A DNA stretch of 64,000 bases from a virus: IMG/VR virus record IMGVR_UViG_3300020204_000006, one strand, 5' to 3'. Shown here piece after piece: positions 53,811 through 62,800 of this stretch; the first letter of the stretch is position 1, and each line of letters opens with the position of its first letter. The notes beneath the pieces are model-generated. The model was given only the letters and a program-made list of their open reading frames with translations, had not been told where the DNA came from and did no database searches. The position numbers were made by a program, and so were the translations under genes.

Positions 53811-56800
53811 ATGGGATTTCCCAATACAGTACACGTACACGGCTCTTTAAGTGACTCTTCAATAGTTGGTCAGGGTAAATATCCTACTATATCCCCTTCA
53901 GCTGTTACTGTTATTGATTGTGGTAATTTTTATTCAGCAGAAAATTCTGGTGATTTGTTCTACATGGTTGATTTTCAGCAATCTGGTGCTGTATCTACTT
54001 CTTATGTTAGGACGATAGCTGATTCTATTGACAATTTTACTGGTGGTTCTTCAAGTTTTATTTATAAAATAAAATCTAGTTTTTCTGGCAAGGTTTATTA
54101 TGGTATTAGACTAGGTTTTACTGCAGAATTTTCTGGTTGTAGAATAAATTTTTATTACTCTAATTCTTTAAATCATTCAATATTTATTTCTGAAAGTGAC
54201 GTGCTTTCTTTGGGTGGTTTAAATAAGTTTTATTTTGTTCATGATTCTTTTACTGCTTTTGATTCAGAGGTTAGAGATTTTAAAATATCAATAGACGCTC
54301 CTGGTGTAATTATTGATTCTATAGTTTTTAGCGATTCTTCAGTCCGTTCTTTTCCTGATATACAGTCTTACATATCAAAAGAAATAGGTTCTATTTTTTC
54401 CCTTGAGTCAAATATTGATCAGAGCGTATCTCTTTCATATGCTTCTTTAAAATCAAAAATTGATTATTCTTCTATTACTCTTCACATGCAAATCTATTTG
54501 ATAGATCAATCTGAAAGAGTTGTTGGTTTTCTCAAATGCCATTCATACATAAATACAAATTCAATAATATTTGATGACGGGTGGATTGCTTTTAACATAA
54601 ATTATTTTAAAAATTATTCTGCTCAAGATCAATATTTTATAATGCAGAATTTCAAGCTTGGCATATCATTGGTCGGTTGCCCAAAAAATGAAAATTTATA
54701 TTTCATATGGTCTCAAGCCGCAGATTACAATTCTGGATTTTTGACCATGAACAGAAATAATGAAGATCAGCTTGTTCAATCTGAATATGATCTGGCGGTA
54801 AAATTATTTGATCAAGGTGAAAGTTCATCTGAAAATAATATACAGACACAGTCTCCTGAAGTTCAAAATTTGATAATAAATAATTTTGATAACTACAAGT
54901 ATTCAAATCCAGTAAATGTAGACATAGAGAATATAGATGACAAAAGAAGTCAAATGGTTTTGAAACTTCCAGACAGAGTTGTGACATTCCTTTTTGACGT
55001 AAGTGGATCTATGACATGGAATGACCCTAATGGTAAAAGATTTGATGTTGCAAAATCTATAATAGACAGATTTGCTGGTGGATATCCTGGCAACCTAAAT
55101 TACCAAGTATTAACTTTTGGTGGAACTAGAATTCTTACAGAGTGGTTTGGTGTTGTTGAAGGAAAAGTTAGTGATACATCTGACGCAAACGAAGCTAAAA
55201 GAAAAGCCTTTTTTGATGAGGCTTTTAAGTTTAATGGTGTTCAAATAGTAAGAAAGAAAGGTTCTCCTCCGGTATCTCCAACGGATGGAGACATAGTTTT
55301 TTCTGGATATTCAAAAATACTATACGACTCTGGGCTAGAAGAAAATACAGAATATTATTATTCCGTATTTAGTCAAACTGATGATGGTAGATTTTCTGAT
55401 CCAGTTGTGATAAAGGCTGTCCCAGAGCCTAGAATTGTTCCATCTGGAATAAAAAATTTAAATGGAAAGTCTTTTAAGGCTTCGGGCATTTCTAGAGATG
55501 TAAACACTCATTGTCTTTTGCACATGGATGAGTCTGGAGGTCTTAATATATTTGACTTTGCAAAAGGGGCAATATTTGTTTATAAAAATACAGAAGAAAA
55601 TTCTTTGCCTATATGGATAGAAAAAAGTGAGTCTATACCTTCATCAAGTGTTCAAGGTGAGGGTAAGGGCAGTGGTCTAAGATTAAATGGCAAAAGTGAA
55701 TATATTCACGTTGAAGATAGTAGCTTTAATCCACTAGTTTCTGAATCTTTTGGATTTATGGTTTGGGTTTACCCATTTTCCTCCAATGAATCATATTTTG
55801 ATTCTCAGCTTGGCTTGATTAATTTAACAAAATCAAATGATGAAATTATTAGAATTTTTATTCAAGAAGACGGTAGCTTATTTGTAAATTCTTCATTGGG
55901 GTCTTTTGTTTCTTCAGAAAAAATTACACCCAATACATGGAATCATATTTGTATTTTTTCAGACTCTTCATCTTCTAAATTATACATAAACGCAAATGAG
56001 GAAGTACACGGTAGTATTTATTCTGGTGAGTCAATAAAAAATTTAGAAATAGGAAGATCTACTGACGATACTTATTACTTTGGAAAAATAACAGAGTTTT
56101 CTCTTCACTCTTCAATAAGAGGTCCTTCGTATGTGTCAGAGCACTACAACAATGTCCCTTCTTGGAATGGAGAATCTATTGCGGTTATGTCATTTGACGT
56201 TCCATCTTCTTACTTAGATGGGAGTAAAAGGTACTCAATAAGGTATAAGCCGGAAATAGGTCCTCTTAGGCATTTGAGTGACGATATAAGTGGGCCTGCA
56301 AATTATGGTTCCTATCAGGGTGATACCGGATTAAGACCGGAAAATGTCCCTCCTGGTTACGTCGTAAGAAATGTAAATTTTTCTAGAATAGTATATGGTG
56401 ATGACTTGGGTCCTACTCATGTGTTTGATGGTACCGAATTTAAGTCTGGAATAATAGACAAAAAAAGTTATAAGCATGTTTTTATTGGTGATTTTGCATC
56501 TCCTTTTGATGAAATTGAAAAACTTTCTATAGGATTAGAGGCTCCCGGTTTTAGACATTTCTTTAGAATTTTTACAATAAATCAAAACGATATATCTTCT
56601 TTGCCAGAAGATAGTGGATTGTTTGAATTTACTCCTCCTATTTGGCGGCAAAGATCAGAATATCCTGTTCAAATATCAGGCGTTTCGGATGTAGAGTATT
56701 TTGTTGGCGACTCAAAAGTCATGCTAACTTGGAATTTAAACAATAAGCAAAATGTAGAAAATATTTTAGTTTATTTTAGTAGGAAGTATAATCCAGACAT

Positions 56801-59800
56801 ACATGCCGCATATAGAAAATACAACGATGCAGCTTCTACCATGGAATTATATCCTGTGTTTTTGGGAGATAAAAATTCCACAGAGTTTGTTTTAAGAAAA
56901 GGTATAGTAGAATTTGCAAGAAGAAATACTAATGACCAGAATAGCCAATTTCAAAATCTCGGACCAATCGGAAGATGTCCAGAGTGCGATCTTCTTAATG
57001 GAGAAAAAGGTTATTTTTCAATATACACCAGAGATAAATTTGGCAATTATAGTGAGCCTGTTTTTGTTGAGGCAATTCCAAATCCAGGAAATCAAGAGTC
57101 GGCTATACCTCCGGATCAAATATTTGGCATTAGATATCAGCCTGTTGATGAGCAGAGTGTCTCAATAAGATGGATTAATCCTAGTAAGATAAATTCATAT
57201 TCTGATATACAATGTTGGCTTGACGACAGAATAGTTTTTTACTTCAGGGCAACTGATATATTTGGTAGAAAATTAGAGACAAGATATGAATTTAAATTTG
57301 TAACAAGTAGAGGTATTGACGTTTCAAATACAGACTCATTCGGTTTTCCTGGTCAAATTTTTCATGGATTCGGTGGTAATTCTTGGGGGTCTAGGTCTTT
57401 TTACTCAGAGCCTCCTCCTCTTGGCTTTTCTGATTCTGAGGCAATTTCTTTATTTTTTGATCCCGAAAGATCAGAGGCACTTAGGGAAAAAATATATTTC
57501 TCTAAAATAGTCAGTGTACAAGAAGTAAAAAATTCATTAGATGGATATTATAAAATATTTTTTGATCTTTCTAATGCTTCTTCTGACCAGCTTTCTATGA
57601 TAAATCAGGTGTATTTTGCTGCTCAAATAGTTTTGAGAACATCAAAAGATATAAGAGAAAATGCTATTGCAGACAGATCAAATACTTCTATAATATTTGA
57701 TTCTCAAGATAAATTTGAGTATGCTACTTTGCCAATAAGGGTTTTAATGGATCAGCCACTTGCTATAGTGGCATATCAGAATGGCAATGTTGTATATCCA
57801 AGAGGCACTACTTTATTTGTTCCTGAACCAGGTCCTGGTAATGTTAGCTTCGATCCCTGTGATGATGCATTTTATGGTCAATCTCAAGATGGGTTTTACT
57901 ATGAAAGCGGTAAATTAACACCAGGCTGTTATGTTTCTAGAAATAGACCATACTCAATTTTAATTAGAGCTTCATATAGGAAGCAGCCATTGCCGGATGG
58001 CACATTAATAGATGCATATGTGTATAACGATGTTAGTCCATATGATCCTTCTTTATCAAATAGATTTAATGCTTTTTCTGTTTGGGGGGAAATTTGTGGA
58101 TTAGTGGCATATTGCAATCAAGACAGTCTTTTGGATCCAGATCCTTTTGCTGGTACATATTCTTTAAGCAACATAGGTTTGCTTAGTTCTTCTGGAACCT
58201 TTGCGACTCATTCTTCTGGTAGATTTTCAGAATGCGTATATAGAATACCTGTTCCTGATTCTCCTTCTTCTGTAAGAGTAATATTCAAACTAAGTATTGA
58301 TAGTTTTTTTGCATGTCCTCAAGTATATTTGAATTTTGTATCTAATTTAAGAATAAAAATTAATACAAGGGGACCTATAGCTGATGGAGTAGACGTTGCA
58401 AAGCAACTTTGTTTTGCATATACAATAGACCCAGATTTTGATGTTTCATCTGGAAACAATGTTGATATAGCTCAACAGTATATACAGCCAGTACCTGATT
58501 TTACCCCAATATCTTGGGAGCTATTGAAATATAGAAACGCCAAAGAAAGACCTTTTTATTCTACTTCTCAACAGCAGAACAATGGATCTTTTGTTTTGGC
58601 AGATGGAGTGTTTGATTTTACTCAAAATGGCTATAGTCAAAGTGTGTTTTTTGGTCCAGCAAACGGAGTAGTTGCTAGTTTAATTGGAGACGGAGAAGAT
58701 GTATTTTTAATAGGAGAAGAATACGCTATTAAGGCTTCTATTACATATAACGGTTATACAGTAAGTGCATTTGGCCCTGCTTGTATATTCCCAATTAATA
58801 CAACAAGTAATTCCGATAATCCTGATTTACCTTCAATAAAAAAATCTTCATTTTTTATGTCAAATGCAAATGGAGAGTTTGTTGAGAATATATATAGTGA
58901 CGGTAAAGACTATGCGGTATTTTTGGTTTCTAGGGATCCAGAAATCACTTATGTTAATTCTTCAGGGGTTTTAAGATCAACTGTTTCTGGTTTCTTAAAA
59001 TGCTATAATTCAACCTTGTTTGATGATTCTGGTATAGAAAATGCAATTATTTATAAACCACAGGTTGGTTCTTCTTTGCTTTTTGAAATTATAAGGCCAT
59101 ATTCTTATTTTGAATCAACTGAGCCTTATTGGAAAAACCAAGTAAAAATAATACACAAGAATCTTCTTTTCGTAGAAGAAAATGGCGTTGTAGTCCCAAG
59201 AGGTGACGTTGTGTCCTCCAATTCATCTTTTGTGTCTATTGGAAACGAAAATGAAAATCTTATTGCCATTACTTGTAATGCATTTATTCCTTTAATGTGG
59301 TCAAAATTTGGAGAGCCCACTACGTTGAAAGACAACGGTATGATATGCTCCCATATACATCAGAATCCTTTTGGTTCTGCTGGTGCAATTGGTCCTCCTC
59401 AAGTTCCTTTTATAGACTATGATATAGAAATAAAAGGAACTATAAGTGCAACTGTAGACGGAAAAAGCCAGAATATAATTAGTTCTGGTAACTGGGGCAC
59501 TGGCAATCCACCAAAATTTGTTAAGTTTATAGAGCCTCTCAGGGTAGATCTTGCTTATGTTATGGTTAACGGTCAACCTTCATCTACATTAAAAATAGAT
59601 GGTTTCTCTCAAAATAGACTTGTTTTTGTAGTTACTTTTGCTGGAAGGCCAGTTTCTGAAAATAGCATACTTAAAGTGTATCAGTGTGGCACCGAAATAC
59701 TTGTACCAGAACAAGATATAATAAGAGCAGAAATAAAAAATGATCCATTTTTTACCGGTAGGGATATTTCTGGTAATATAATACCTGGATATATCCCGGG

Positions 59801-62800
59801 TAATCAAAGTTTTTTCTATCTTGATATATTGCCAATACAAACTATTGATTTAGTTGATTGCAAAATTTTTGTTGAAAGTAATTATGACGAGTCTGGAACT
59901 ATCGCTAGGCAAAGAGTTCTTGGAGTAAAGATAAATTATGTTCCTAGTAGTGGTGGTGGTACATCAGGATTTTTTGACTCTGATGTAGAAGTATCTTCTT
60001 CAAGTAGTTATTCGGAAGAATCGCCAGACTCTTCTAATGGAGAGGGTTTTTCTTCTTTTGTCGGTGATGCTGGTTTCATTACAGATAGTGAATCTTCTTC
60101 GTCTTCTTCTTCGTCATTTTCTTCATCCTCTTCTTCGTCTTTTAACATACCCATATTAGAAGATGATCTTTCTGAAGCAGTTAGACCATCAGGTTCGTCG
60201 CCTTTTACAAAAACATGCTATATATATGATTTGTCCCTAGAGGGTCAAGAAGAGACTTCCCCTTGGATTAGAATTGCAGATATGGCAATGGATAGAGCTT
60301 GGAGCTCAACTGAGTATATAAATGGAAATATTTATAACATAGGTGGAGTTATATCTCCTGGTATAACATCTTATAATGAGTACTGGATTGCTAGTCAAAA
60401 TAGATGGGTTTACAGGGCTGCCATGCCTGTTTCTAAATTTGGCATGCAAAGCTGCAATGATGGTCGTTATATATATTGTTTTGGCGGCATAGAAATAGCA
60501 GACGTTAGGGTTGGTGGTGGATTTGGTGGTGGCATGGGTGGACCAACAGGGGGTGGCACTTCTAGTTCATCTGGCTCAAGTTCAAGCAGTTCCATATTAA
60601 CTCAAAGAAGACCAGTGGTTTCCACTACTGTTCATAGATATGATACAGTCACCGACACTTGGATTCAACTAAAGTCTATGCCTGTTTTAGATGTAGATGG
60701 TAATGATATTAGTGATACTACTATACCAAGCAACCTCAGTATAACAAAATATGGTGTTGCTTTTGGCAAGGCTCATTTAGTAGGCGACAAAATTTATATA
60801 ATTTGCGGTGCTAACTATATAAATTATTCAACTTTTGAGCCATCAAAAATGAATGACAGAATATTAATTTATGATATTTTAACAAATAAGTGGTCCTTTA
60901 GTGAAGCTCCTGATGATCTGTCAAAAGCTACTTATCAAAGAGTTTATCCGTCTTCTTTCATAAAAGACGATAAAATATTTGTTTTTGGTGGTACAAAGTA
61001 TGAAATACAGCTTGAAACAATTTATGTAACTGGATGGTTTGGTTCTATACAGGTTCCTTATACTAGTAAAATAACTGCTACAGATATTTACAGCATAGAT
61101 TTAGGAGTATTTAGTGCATCAAATTATTCTTCTATGAATTTCAGTATATCTGATGCAAGTTATTTATTCGACACAATACCTTATCCAAGAGATCAGGCTG
61201 GATGTTTGGTTCTTAATCAAGATATTTATGTTCTTGGTGGTAGGATACTTCCGAATGGCGACTATCCTGGCACCCCTCATTCTAGGAAGTTTGAAAGACT
61301 TGTTTATTCAAATGGTTCCTATTCTCATCAGAAAATTGAAAAAATACCCCAGGGAAGAAGTATTTTTGGTATGGTTTCAGATAGTCTTAGTAGAATATTT
61401 GTATGCGGTGGTATAATATCTTCATTTGCTCCAGGGTATGCTCAAATAAAAGTTGAGGCATATGGAGAGCAGACCGAAAAAAACTCTGATTATACTGTAA
61501 GCATTTACGAAGAAGCAGATGCAGTTGTTAGGCTTGACGGAAGATCTTCTTGCGACTTAATAGTAACTTTGTATGATGAAGAAGGCGACATAATAGAAAA
61601 AAGTGTTCGTGTAGAAATATACGGATCTATTAAGTTTCCAACTGAAGATGACTTTGAAGATGGCCCAGGAATGGGATTCTTTAACAGAGGTGCAGAAGTA
61701 AGAAAAAGAATACTTAAAAGAAGAGGAACAAGAGTCTATCCAATTCAAATATCTCCACAAAATTCACTCTCACAAGATGGCAAGATTTTTGCAAAAGTTC
61801 TTCCTAGAACAGAAGATCCCCTTAGGACTCTAAGTGAAATTGCATCTATACTTAATAGGGATGTAAGTACAGACGGTGTTGGAGATCAATCTGATATAAT
61901 AAATATTGTTCAAGATACTGTTAGATTCCCATATCAAATTGTAATTTCAGCTCAAGTTGTTGATGATTTTTACTTTGGAAGTACAGTATATAATCCTATT
62001 TCCTCTTCAAGTTCATCTTCTGATGTTCTTTTTTATCCTGAGCTTTTTGAGCCAGATACTCAGGCGGATGCTGGAGAGTTTTCATCAGCCAGATCTATGC
62101 CCTCATTTAAGGTAATAAATACATCTGGCACTAGTGCAGTTTTGCCGACTTACTTTTTTGATCGTGGTTTTATTCTCATGACTCAGCAATTTGGATTTAT
62201 TGGCACAGTTGGAGATTCAGATCTTTATGCTGTTACTGTTCCCAAAACAGGATCTTATAAATTAAGTGTTGTAAGAAGAAACTTTAGTTCAATTAAAACA
62301 AAAGTAAAAATATACAACTCAAATACTCTTCCATATCCTGTGTGCTCAACTGGCGGTTCTAATACAATAGCATTTAGAAACCAATTTGGTATACCAGAAT
62401 ATTTTTCGCCATGTGGTTCGGCAAATCTTGGAGAAATAGGAGACGCTATAAATCTTGTTGCTGGAAAATTATATTATCTTGAGGTTTCTGCTCTTGATGA
62501 AAATTCAACAAATTTAAGTGAAAAAGTAGGAGAATATTCTCTAAGGCTTGGCATAGTTATTAACCAAAATGAAGTTGGTTTTTATGCAAATATATATAAT
62601 TCTGGATCTCAATCTGGATCGTCATTTAGATCTGTTCGATCCTCTGGTAATAATTCATATTCTGATGGAGCTATTCAGGGTTCTTCCGATTCCGAAGAGA
62701 GTTTTGCTGCTTTGAATTTTAGAAATGGCTCATCTGACTGTATATTTACTTGTCCAGAGTGTCTGCCAGATAGCTCTAAGTGGGCTGGAGTTTCATGTAC

